Virus record (IMG/VR): IMGVR_UViG_3300044692_000034
Span: 32,001 to 96,000 of that record
DNA from: a virus
Reading direction: 5' to 3' (one strand)
DNA length: 64,000 nucleotides
Notes under the pieces: model-generated
Told to the model about the DNA's origin: nothing
What the model saw: only the letters and a program-made list of their open reading frames with translations
The model's database searches: none
In this document: positions 35,855-44,094 of the stretch, in pieces
Layout: every line of letters begins with the position of its first letter
Numbering within the stretch: the first letter of the stretch is position 1
Program-made: the position numbers and the translations under genes

Positions 35855-38298
35855 GTCGCCATCTGCCTTGCGCGTTCGGCGGGGTTGGTGTTGAGCTGCC
35901 GCAGGAGGCGCGGGCTGGAGACGTCGATCTGAGCGCGAACCACGTGCCCCCAGATGTCCTTCACGAAGCACTTGCCTTCTCGTGCTTCGACGATCATTTG
36001 CGCCAGCTCGTCGTTGTCGGGGTCGAGGTTGAGTAGCGCGAGCGCGTCGCGTGCCTCCTCCAGCGTCTCCATCCCGAAGATGTAGAACGTGCCGATGAGT
36101 TTGACGATCTCACCCGGGTCGGCGATGTGCTGCGACGCGATGAGAGACGTAGCGAACTTCGCGCGGCCTTGCCTGACAATGTCCCAGATGAGCCGGCGGC
36201 CACTCGGCGTGGCAAGCAGGAAGTGAGCCTCGTCGAGCAGCAGCGTCTTGTGGATCGTGCGGTCATTGTTGATGAGCCGCATGGCGAAGTATGCGATGAG
36301 CCTGAGGGTCGCAACGCTCAGCCGTTCGATCTCGTCGTAGTCGGCGCGACTGACCATGCTGTCCGGGAGCACGAGCGCGCTCGGCCGGATCACCGTGACC
36401 TGCGCACGGTCAATGAACTGGCGTTCGCCGTTGGAGAACGCGAGCCGGGCGAGCCCTGCCGCTGCGCGTGTGCCGAGCGCATCGCCGGCGGCGTTGGCGT
36501 CCTCTCCTGCCGACGTCCTCATGAGCAGGTCGATAACGGCTTGCGCACATGGCTTCTCCATCTCGGCGACGACCTGCGCTGCCTTACGCACCTGCGTACC
36601 CCACGTCGACGGCACGTTCGTCGGTAGCAGCTCCATGAAATACGAATAGGCGCCGTCAACGACCTGCGACCTCGGCAGGACCAGAAATGGATCGAGGAGC
36701 CCAGCGTACATCACCGGGTCGTCCAGATCTACGACTTCCACACGGCCCTTGAGTTCGTCAACCTCCTCCAAGTGGTGGTCGGGCTTCGGGTCGACGTCAA
36801 CGATCTGGCCGCCGGAGAGCGCGTCCCCCACCGCCATCAGCTCCGCCGCCGTGGTCTTACCAGACCCCTGCGTACCGGCGAGCAAGTACGCGCTCGCGCG
36901 GTTCTCCTCGGGGGCGCGGCGCAGGTCGTTGAACAGTGGCCGCTCGTGCCCGTGTTTCGGGCTACGTCGGTCGACGTACCCGATGTACGTGCCGCTCCGC
37001 GAGCCGAGATCGTGCGTGGCAATAGGCATGAGCGTCGCGAATTGCAGCGGCGTGAGCCAATCGCGGTAGTGCGTGACTCGGCCGCCGTCGACGCGTGGCA
37101 GGTGGTCGTAGAACGCCCGCTTTTGCGTCCCGACGGGCAGCCACAACTTCACGGTGCCGAACAAAGCCCGCAGCTCCGAGATCTTCGCTTTGACCTCGTT
37201 TGTGGTCTTGCACCCGCCGATAGCGAACGACACGCTCGTGCGGAGCAGCGGCGGTTGGTCACTGCGCCGGAGCCGCATGTCAAGCCGGCGAGCCTGCCGC
37301 GCGTCGTCCTCGGACGCCCATGACTTCGCGCCGGCTGCGCTCTCGTCCTCATCGCTGAGAACGTTGTCGGCATCGCGGACCTTGCGCTGCACCCTCGAGA
37401 TGGCCTGAGAGTTCGCCTCCCACTCCACATGCATGACCATGTCAACCGGGAAGCTCGCACGCTCCAACGGCGTGAACAAGAACTCCGACTCGCCGGGGAA
37501 GATCGTCTCGTCGGGGAGCGCACCGAGGTACAGGATCGCTTGCCACAGGACGCCCTCTTCGGTGCGTGCCTGGAGGAACCCCTCGGCGTTGCGGATCGGC
37601 TCGTTCCCGAGCGAGAGCATGTCCGTCCCGAGCGGCACGTAGGCGTCATGCCCGTCGTCGGTTTCGACGACCAGGGCGTTCGGCTCCCAGTAATCGTCGA
37701 GTGGTGGCTCGCCGTGCCCGCGATACGCGGCCCGCCGGAAAAGCCATTGCAGCTCTCGGGTGGTGGCACGCCGCGCCGGCAGCCGGTCCGTCACCGTGGC
37801 GTGCATTTCTTCTTCGGCCTCGATAAGACCGTTGATCTCGGCCTTGCTGATCGGGCGGAGCTTGCCGACACCAAGCGCGTCCTCGGCCGTCGCCCGGACG
37901 CGTTCCATGTCGCGGCCGAGCGCCACACCGAACCCGTCGGTTGCTTCGGTCACGATCCTCGGGATGAGGTAGAACTCAGGGAAGTACGCCTTGCGGCCGT
38001 TGATCTTGTCCTTGTGCTGCTCGACGAACTGGCGGAGCAGCTTCTCAGTCTTGTACCGGTTGTCGAGGTTCCGTAGTGCCTGCTGGACGTACGCCTCGAC
38101 CTCGTACTCGCGGTTGACGCGGTACAAGGAGTAGTCGGCCTTGACGTCGTGCGTGAACAACTGGAGCCGCGACGCCCACGAACCCTTGTCGCGAAGGTAC
38201 GGGTAGCTGATCGGGTTGACGCGGTAGATAGCGCCGCGCTCAGCGCCGCGACCGACAAGGATGTTGCCGTGCGCGTATCGCAACGGGAACTTGTTCAC
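35851..38298 (-). CDS. VirB4-like conjugation ATPase (ConE/TcpF/Orf16-like)
   Basis: 815 aa; Walker A AGTQGSGKT, VDVDPK, LLDPF, Walker B LLLDEAHFL, RQGRAKF...ASQ, GKCFVKDIWGHV. Confidence 0.92.
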   Translation of the reverse strand: MNKFPLRYAHGNILVGRGAERGAIYRVNPISYPYLRDKGSWASRLQLFTHDVKADYSLYRVNREYEVEAYVQQALRNLDNRYKTEKLLRQFVEQHKDKINGRKAYFPEFYLIPRIVTEATDGFGVALGRDMERVRATAEDALGVGKLRPISKAEINGLIEAEEEMHATVTDRLPARRATTRELQWLFRRAAYRGHGEPPLDDYWEPNALVVETDDGHDAYVPLGTDMLSLGNEPIRNAEGFLQARTEEGVLWQAILYLGALPDETIFPGESEFLFTPLERASFPVDMVMHVEWEANSQAISRVQRKVRDADNVLSDEDESAAGAKSWASEDDARQARRLDMRLRRSDQPPLLRTSVSFAIGGCKTTNEVKAKISELRALFGTVKLWLPVGTQKRAFYDHLPRVDGGRVTHYRDWLTPLQFATLMPIATHDLGSRSGTYIGYVDRRSPKHGHERPLFNDLRRAPEENRASAYLLAGTQGSGKTTAAELMAVGDALSGGQIVDVDPKPDHHLEEVDELKGRVEVVDLDDPVMYAGLLDPFLVLPRSQVVDGAYSYFMELLPTNVPSTWGTQVRKAAQVVAEMEKPCAQAVIDLLMRTSAGEDANAAGDALGTRAAAGLARLAFSNGERQFIDRAQVTVIRPSALVLPDSMVSRADYDEIERLSVATLRLIAYFAMRLINNDRTIHKTLLLDEAHFLLATPSGRRLIWDIVRQGRAKFATSLIASQHIADPGEIVKLIGTFYIFGMETLEEARDALALLNLDPDNDELAQMIVEAREGKCFVKDIWGHVVRAQIDVSSPRLLRQLNTNPAERARQMAT

Positions 38299-38855
38299 GC
38301 ATACACCTCCAGCCGCTCACCGTCTTTGACGTCAACTTCTTGTAGCTCGCCGGCTGCGTCTGCTCGCAGCGTCACACGAGTGTTCTTCATTGCGACCCTG
38401 ACGGGGGCGTTGGTCCTGACCTTGGCGGGGCCGTGTACTCGGCCACGGCGCAGCTCAGCACCCGAGATGTCCCACCGCACCGGCAAATCCTCCTGCCACT
38501 CCTCCCACGTCTCTTCCTCCTCGGGATTGTCGCGTAGGGCCTGGACGGTGCGCGCCCAGAGGTAGATGTGGATGGACCGGCCGTCGGGCGCTTCCTGGCG
38601 TGCCGCAAACGCCACGATGACAGCCAACGACCCGTATCTGAACCACCCGGGCATGAGCCCCATGACGAGCCCCGTACCCGGCGTGTGCGACAGCAGGTAC
38701 ACCACGAGAACCGTTCCGAACACCCAGGCTGCGGTCTGCGCCGGGATGCCGCCGGGGACCATCTTTGTGAGGTCGAAGTCCCATACGCGCCGGATGCGCC
38801 AATCGGTCCTGAAGACGCGTCTGTACGAGACGACGCGTATGCGCCGTTGCTTCAC
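38295..38855 (-). CDS. TcpE/ConD-like (VirB3-like) conjugal transfer membrane protein
   Basis: VSYRRVFRTDWRIRRV, two TMs, PDGRS motif; directly upstream of VirB4. Confidence 0.78.
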   Translation of the reverse strand: MKQRRIRVVSYRRVFRTDWRIRRVWDFDLTKMVPGGIPAQTAAWVFGTVLVVYLLSHTPGTGLVMGLMPGWFRYGSLAVIVAFAARQEAPDGRSIHIYLWARTVQALRDNPEEEETWEEWQEDLPVRWDISGAELRRGRVHGPAKVRTNAPVRVAMKNTRVTLRADAAGELQEVDVKDGERLEVYA

Positions 38856-39193
38856 GAGGTGCCGGCGATCTTGTGCCCGATCGCGGTGACCATGTTGACG
38901 ATGCTGCCGCCGTCGAACACGAACATGCCCGTGATGATCACGGCCGCGATGTAGCTGATGATGATCCCGAGCTTGCGTGCGCCGGGAAACAGGAACGCGA
39001 GTGCACCTGCGGCGACTGCCGCCTTCCACGGGGTCTTGACGTTGTCGAGGACCCAGTTGCCGGCGTTCTCACCGTAGTTCGCGTTGTCGGTTGGGTCGGC
39101 GAGCACGATGGCGGGACCGAGCGCTGCGACCATTGCCATCGCCATGAGCAGCAAGAACACGCGCCGCCCCATACGAGTCACTTGCTGCATCAC
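38852..39193 (-). CDS. small pilin/VirB2-like (TcpD/ConC-like) membrane protein
   Basis: Signal-like segment plus two TMs, 113 aa, canonical operon position. Confidence 0.65.
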   Translation of the reverse strand: MMQQVTRMGRRVFLLLMAMAMVAALGPAIVLADPTDNANYGENAGNWVLDNVKTPWKAAVAAGALAFLFPGARKLGIIISYIAAVIITGMFVFDGGSIVNMVTAIGHKIAGTS

Positions 39194-40050
39194 TTATCTC
39201 CTTCGTTCACTTTGGCTACGTACCAGCGGTCGCCCTTGACCAGCACGAGCCGATACCCGAGCGAGTACGACGCATCGTCCTCTTTTGCTGTCACCGTCGC
39301 GTACACCTGCCGCTCTCGTCCCTTCGCCGGCGCGAGCAGCCCGACACTGTTCACCTGGACGAGCTTCATCACGACAGGGCTCGCGCCGAGCTGCGCACCC
39401 GGGAGCGCCGGGCCGGCAGAGACGGCGTCTGCGTCGCCGGCAAGGTACGCCGTGAAGAACCTGTTGACGACGTCGAGTATGTCGCTCGACTCGTCGGGGC
39501 TGAGCTGGTCGAGGTCGTCGTTGTTGGGGGTGGCAACGAGCGGCGCGCTTGTCAGGCTCGGCAGCGCGTACACGACCAGCCCGTGGTTCTTGTCCGTCTC
39601 TACGGGCACGCCGAGGTATCTCGTCACAGCACGCCCGTTAGCCTGCATGGTCACAGCGACTGTGATGAGTGCGCGCTGCGACCCGGTCGTCGTCTCGTCA
39701 GACACGGCCGTGGCTTGCACGACCTGCGCCGGGGCCTTCTCGCCCCAGGTGGGGACCACGCGAGCACCAAGATTCGTCGAGACGAACGACTCAAGGTCCT
39801 GCTCGTAGAACCCGGGGTGCTTCGGATTGTACGAGAAGTACGTTCGCGCGAAGTCCATGGCGTACGCGCGAGCTGCATCGTCAGGCCACTGCGAACGCTG
39901 TTCTACGACCTTCGTTGGTCCTGCCGGCTTCGTCGGCGTTGTCGCAATAGCCGTGAGCCCCCGGAGCGCGATGATCACCAGGACGAAAGCGACCAGTCCT
40001 CGGCCTGCCTTCTTGGCGTACCCCTTGAGCTTCGTGCGCGTTGCCGCCAT
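39190..40050 (-). CDS. TcpC/ConB-like (VirB8-like) conjugal transfer protein
   Basis: N-terminal TM; AMDFARTYFSYN, RYLGVPV, VNRFFTAY, YRLVLVKGDRWYVAKV (two NTF2-like repeats). Confidence 0.85.
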   Translation of the reverse strand: MAATRTKLKGYAKKAGRGLVAFVLVIIALRGLTAIATTPTKPAGPTKVVEQRSQWPDDAARAYAMDFARTYFSYNPKHPGFYEQDLESFVSTNLGARVVPTWGEKAPAQVVQATAVSDETTTGSQRALITVAVTMQANGRAVTRYLGVPVETDKNHGLVVYALPSLTSAPLVATPNNDDLDQLSPDESSDILDVVNRFFTAYLAGDADAVSAGPALPGAQLGASPVVMKLVQVNSVGLLAPAKGRERQVYATVTAKEDDASYSLGYRLVLVKGDRWYVAKVNEGDK

Positions 40051-40156
40051 CCAATCCTCTCCGTGTTGGTGGCCGCTACATGATGCGGCGTTCGTTCGGT
40101 GAGGTGATGGTAGCCGGTCTGTCTAAGCCGCGACCATCATGAAACGGTGCGCATGC

Positions 40157-40420
40157 TTACATCGGCGGGATGGGTGGGCTGCTAGGCGGCCCAAGCGACT
40201 GTGACGCTTGCCACTGCCGCGCACGTTCCTCTGAGACGACACCGTGCCCCTTGCAGAAGTGACACATGATCGTATAGCGGCGGCCGGTGCCCGGCTCCTC
40301 CCTGCGCTCCACACCACCCTCACAGCATGGGCGCGGGCACTTGACGGACCCGCTCCCCAGCAATGCCGCCAAGTACCCGCCGGGCACGATACCGACGTTC
40401 TCGCTCATGCCCATCGCCAT
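40157..40420 (-). CDS. small DnaJ-type zinc-finger protein
   Basis: CPRPCCEGG...CHFCKGHG. Confidence 0.55.
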   Translation of the reverse strand: MAMGMSENVGIVPGGYLAALLGSGSVKCPRPCCEGGVERREEPGTGRRYTIMCHFCKGHGVVSEERARQWQASQSLGPPSSPPIPPM

Positions 40421-40439
40421 GCTGTGACCTACCTCTCGG

Positions 40440-41036
40440 CTAGCAGCCGACCCAGGCGCCGGCCCCTTGTTCCTTGTAGATGCGTGCCGCGCACGCGTCC
40501 TGGTCTCCTGGCACGTTCACGTCCAAGCCTTGGCAGACGCCGCCGGGCGAGTAGTGCGACCTGAGCGTCTGCCACCGGCCCGTTGCCCCCGACGAAGGAT
40601 TGGTGTTCGCCGGCCCCGTCGAGTAGTTGCCGTGAGACTCGTCCGCGCACGCCGGCAAGTTGGCGGCCACCCCGGACGAGACAACGCCGCTCGGTGCCTG
40701 CGGCGCGCCCATGGTGCGTGTGAGCAGCGGCGGCCCCGGCCACGGCACGCGCGCGCGCAACGCGCGGAGCTGCCGCAACGACTGCGCGATCTCGCCGCAG
40801 TGCGATGGCCTGATCTTGTGCGCACCGCTGTGGTAGCGATACCTGACCCCGAGGCGCCGGATGTTCCTGCCCGGTGCCCTGCGCCCGAACTTGTGACGTA
40901 CGGCGTAGTACTGCGCCGAGTAGTCCACGAGGAGTTTCCTCTCTCCGCAGACGGTGTGGCTCTGTTGCGTCGCCGCTTGCGCTGACCCTGTATGGAGCGC
41001 AGCGGTCGCAACGAGGACCGCTGTTAGCAGCCTCAT
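40440..41036 (-). CDS. secreted Rpf/SceD-like transglycosylase
   Basis: Signal peptide; CADESHGNY, GATGRWQ, DQDACAARIY..QGAGAW..C. Confidence 0.8.
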   Translation of the reverse strand: MRLLTAVLVATAALHTGSAQAATQQSHTVCGERKLLVDYSAQYYAVRHKFGRRAPGRNIRRLGVRYRYHSGAHKIRPSHCGEIAQSLRQLRALRARVPWPGPPLLTRTMGAPQAPSGVVSSGVAANLPACADESHGNYSTGPANTNPSSGATGRWQTLRSHYSPGGVCQGLDVNVPGDQDACAARIYKEQGAGAWVGC

Positions 41037-41110
41037 TCACCGACCTCCTTCGTTGGAAGCGGCGGACGCTAGCAGCCCTTATCTGTGCATGTCCATCAGC
41101 CATATGGCCA

Positions 41111-42127
41111 CTAGAAGAGCTGGTCCACAGAGGGGTACACGGTCAGCGGGGTTTGAGGCCAGCCGCGCATTGCTGTCGGTTGCTCCCTGACTTGTAGCCG
41201 CTCAGGGAAGTCGGGCAGCATGTCGGCCTTGCCAGGAAGGCCGTGCGCTCGCGCCCACCGCGTCCCCATCTGCTTCACGTGGACGGCGGTCGGCTTCTGT
41301 TCTTCGATGTCGAAGATGGGTTGGATCGGGTTGTGGGCTCGCCACACGAGGTCCCACATCCAATTTTCGTCGACGGGGCGTGCTTTTGGGCCGCTCTCTC
41401 CACCGATGATGATCTCGTCGATGTCGCGCAACGACAAGCCGCCATCGGTCTCGTCATGACCATCGTGCCAGTAGTGCCGCTCGCGCATGTCACCGGGGTC
41501 GCCGGTCTGCATGTCGCGCGGGTACGGATCATAGCTCGTGGTGTACATGGGGAGTAGCGGCCCGAGCAGCGGCTCAGCGCTGATAAACCGCACTGCCGTG
41601 TTCGTGTCGCGAAGCAGGTCGGCGCGCGACACGAACGCACGGTTCTCGATCGTAACGCCATGCCAGATGTGCGCTGGTGTCGGAAGGCCACCGCCGGAGA
41701 TGCTGTCGGCTGCTGCGTGGTGTCCTTGCGACGTGAGCAGAATGCGCAGGTTGGCCCAGAACGCCGTGTTGTTGAGCAGATTCCTCATTCGCTCAGGGCG
41801 TTTGGTCAGGACGCGGTAGATGTGCTGTGGTGCGGCCATCATCGTCGCGTACACCTGCAAGATGAACCCGACCTGGATGTCGTCGTGGAACAGGTCGCTG
41901 AGCGAATTGACGAAGATCATGCGCGGCGACGTCCATCGGATGGGGACTTCAAGTCTGTTCGGATGAAGCGTGATCGGTATCTCGCCGCGCTCGAACCGCA
42001 TGCCGCGCTCACGGAACGGCATCGTGTCGGCGATGTAGCAGTGAGCGCATCCGGGGCTGATCTTCCGACAGCCCCACGTCGGGTTCCAAGTGTCTGTCGC
42101 CCATGAAATAGCCGTGCGACCAGGCAC
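41111..42127 (-). CDS. phage Gp37/Gp68 family (DUF5131) protein
   Basis: ISWATDTWNPTWGCRKISPGCAHCY, FVNSLSDLFH, LTKRPER, FISAEPLLG, IGGESG, VKQMG. Confidence 0.92.
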   Translation of the reverse strand: MPGRTAISWATDTWNPTWGCRKISPGCAHCYIADTMPFRERGMRFERGEIPITLHPNRLEVPIRWTSPRMIFVNSLSDLFHDDIQVGFILQVYATMMAAPQHIYRVLTKRPERMRNLLNNTAFWANLRILLTSQGHHAAADSISGGGLPTPAHIWHGVTIENRAFVSRADLLRDTNTAVRFISAEPLLGPLLPMYTTSYDPYPRDMQTGDPGDMRERHYWHDGHDETDGGLSLRDIDEIIIGGESGPKARPVDENWMWDLVWRAHNPIQPIFDIEEQKPTAVHVKQMGTRWARAHGLPGKADMLPDFPERLQVREQPTAMRGWPQTPLTVYPSVDQLF

Positions 42128-42332
42128 TACTTCACCATCTCCCTCATCGTTCTGACGTACACCTCGGCGTGCCCGAGCATGTCATCAAACGATGCGACGA
42201 GCCGGGCGCGTATCGCCGCGAGCATCCGCGCCCCGTGACATGCGCTGACCATGCCAGCGCAATCCTCCCCTGCACGCGCGTTGCAGTCAGGGCAAGAGAC
42301 TTCGGCGATCGCCTCGTACACGGTTGGTGCTT

Positions 42333-42833
42333 TCATTCTGGCCACCCCAGGTAGTTCGGGCACTTGTCAGGCCCGTGCTCTGAGAGTTTGCCACCGTGAC
42401 CGCATCGCAGGCACGTGCGCACCACATGCCCTTCGTAAACGGCGTTGCCTTCGACCCACTCTACGTCCCACCACAGCGGTGTGTCAGCCGTGAGCCCGAT
42501 CTTCAGGAGCCTGCGCGCCTCAACCCGGCCTGCTTCCTTCAAGCGGTACTGAGCCCTGCCCCTGTGCCCGTACGTAGACCACGCGTAGCCGCGCCGCACG
42601 AGTGCCGTACACGCGCCCCCGAGCACAAACCCCGGCTGCTGCCACCCCGAGTACGAGTGCCCTCCCTTCGCGCCGCTGCCGTTCCTGCGTACCCCGTGCC
42701 CGAGCTTCGCGCGGTACGCGAGGTCGCTCGCGAGAGCGGGGCCGTGCCCTGACACCATTTCAAGGTCGTACAGCGCGAGTAGCAGGCGCTGCCCCGTCGG
42801 TGTTAGTGGCGTATCCCGACCCGTGCCCGCCAT
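42333..42833 (-). CDS. winged-helix-like protein with zinc ribbon
   Basis: LTPTGQRLLLAL...ASDLA...YRLKEAGR; CLRC. Confidence 0.5.
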   Translation of the reverse strand: MAGTGRDTPLTPTGQRLLLALYDLEMVSGHGPALASDLAYRAKLGHGVRRNGSGAKGGHSYSGWQQPGFVLGGACTALVRRGYAWSTYGHRGRAQYRLKEAGRVEARRLLKIGLTADTPLWWDVEWVEGNAVYEGHVVRTCLRCGHGGKLSEHGPDKCPNYLGWPE

Positions 42834-43017
42834 GACGTGTCGTCAGCTCCTTGGTCGATGTCGTCGTAGCGGATCGCTGCGAGCCCGTTCCTGAGGCCGG
42901 CCGCGACACCTTGAGCCGGCCGCCCGGCATCGAGGTCACGTAGCGCCAGCTCCAGCAACAACCTCAGCGATGCCTGCTGCTCACTGTCTGCCATGCCCTG
43001 CTCCTCTCCAGAGACAG

Positions 43018-43045
43018 CAGAGCCCCGGCGGCGGCCGGGGCTCTG
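43018..43045 (-). terminator. intrinsic terminator-like hairpin
   Basis: CAGAGCCCCGG/CCGGGGCTCTG 11-bp stem after the 43071-43685 gene. Confidence 0.6.
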
Positions 43046-43070
43046 TCAGCGTGCGTGTCCTGGCGTACGG

Positions 43071-43685
43071 CTAGGCGGCCTGCGCCGGCTCGGACTCGGG
43101 GGTGTCGGCGCCACCCTGGCCGTCGCCCGCGTCCTCCTTCTTCGCGGGCGCGGCGGCGGCGAGCCGATCCTCGGCCGTCCCGTCGAGCTGCCAGCCGTAC
43201 GCGATCAGCGCGGCGGCCACGTGACGCGGCCGGATCGCGGCGGCCTCGTCGACCTGGCCGACGAGCGCCTTGAGGGGCTTCGTCGAGCCGCCCTCGGACC
43301 GGGCGAACGCGGCGAGGCGCTCGCTCGCGGACTCGAACGTCGGCGCGCTCTCGCCCTCGGGCACCTCGACGCCGTCGCCGTACAGGCCGGCGATGACGAG
43401 CAGGTTCTCCGTGGTCTCCCCGCCGGCCTTCTTGAGCGCCTTCGTGAACGCCCTGTCCATGAAGTCCTGCTGCTTCGGCGACGCCGGATTCTTGTAGCCC
43501 GGGACGAGCCGGACGAGCTTCGAACGCTGGACGACGTGGTCCTTGTACTTCGCGCGGCCAGTGCCGGCCTTCTTCGCGGCGGTCTTCTTCGCGACGGGCT
43601 TGGCCGCCGGAGTACCCGACGCCTTCTGCGCCCGCGCGGCGGCCTTCTCGGCTGCGCTGATCGTGGGGGTCTTTTCGTTGGCCAC
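43071..43685 (-). CDS. histone H1-like Lys/Ala-rich protein
   Basis: AAKPVAKKTAAKKA N-terminus; GGAGG SD; own promoter and terminator. Confidence 0.7.
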   Translation of the reverse strand: MANEKTPTISAAEKAAARAQKASGTPAAKPVAKKTAAKKAGTGRAKYKDHVVQRSKLVRLVPGYKNPASPKQQDFMDRAFTKALKKAGGETTENLLVIAGLYGDGVEVPEGESAPTFESASERLAAFARSEGGSTKPLKALVGQVDEAAAIRPRHVAAALIAYGWQLDGTAEDRLAAAAPAKKEDAGDGQGGADTPESEPAQAA

Positions 43686-43740
43686 TTCGGGGGTCCTCCT
43701 CTGGGGTCTTGCACGCCTTGCGGTCGTTGTCTAGAACTCG

Positions 43741-43768
43741 ACTATACAGACGGCTGACCGGTTTACAA
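43741..43768 (-). promoter_or_regulatory. promoter TTGTAA-N16-TATAGT with upstream AT tract
   Basis: Read directly; AAATTTTT UP-like tract at 43781-43788. Confidence 0.7.
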
Positions 43769-43804
43769 GGGGTTGCGGCGAAAAATTTCTGCGCCGCAGC
43801 TCGG

Positions 43805-44029
43805 CTAGTCAGCGTCGTCGAAGTACTCGTACCCGACCCTGACGATCTTCTCACCGGTGTCGGCGCGGCACGCGACGATCTCGTTCCCGCCGTGATGCAG
43901 GCACATCTGCCATGCCGCATCCCTCGCGGCGGCGGCGTCGACCATCCCGTTCTCGTCGACATTGACATTGGCCGTATACCCGAGCGGGCTCTCTTCGTTG
44001 TCGCGGTAGAAGTTGATGCGTGCGATCAT
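43805..44029 (-). CDS. hypothetical protein
   Basis: GGAG SD, 74 aa. Confidence 0.6.
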   Translation of the reverse strand: MIARINFYRDNEESPLGYTANVNVDENGMVDAAAARDAAWQMCLHHGGNEIVACRADTGEKIVRVGYEYFDDAD

Positions 44030-44050
44030 CGTGGTCTCCGTTTAGACACG

Positions 44051-44079
44051 AAAGGGCGGCGTGCCGAAGCGACGCCGCC
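44051..44079 (-). terminator. intrinsic terminator
   Basis: GGCGGCGT-cGC-TTCG-GC-ACGCCGCC followed by CTTTCGTGT. Confidence 0.65.
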
Positions 44080-44094
44080 GAGTGTACGTGGTTG

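Noticed and set aside
32285-40050. Annotation as a discrete inserted ICE
   Set aside because: No integrase, excisionase, relaxase, att repeats or obvious compositional break; it cannot be delimited as a separate mobile element from this window.
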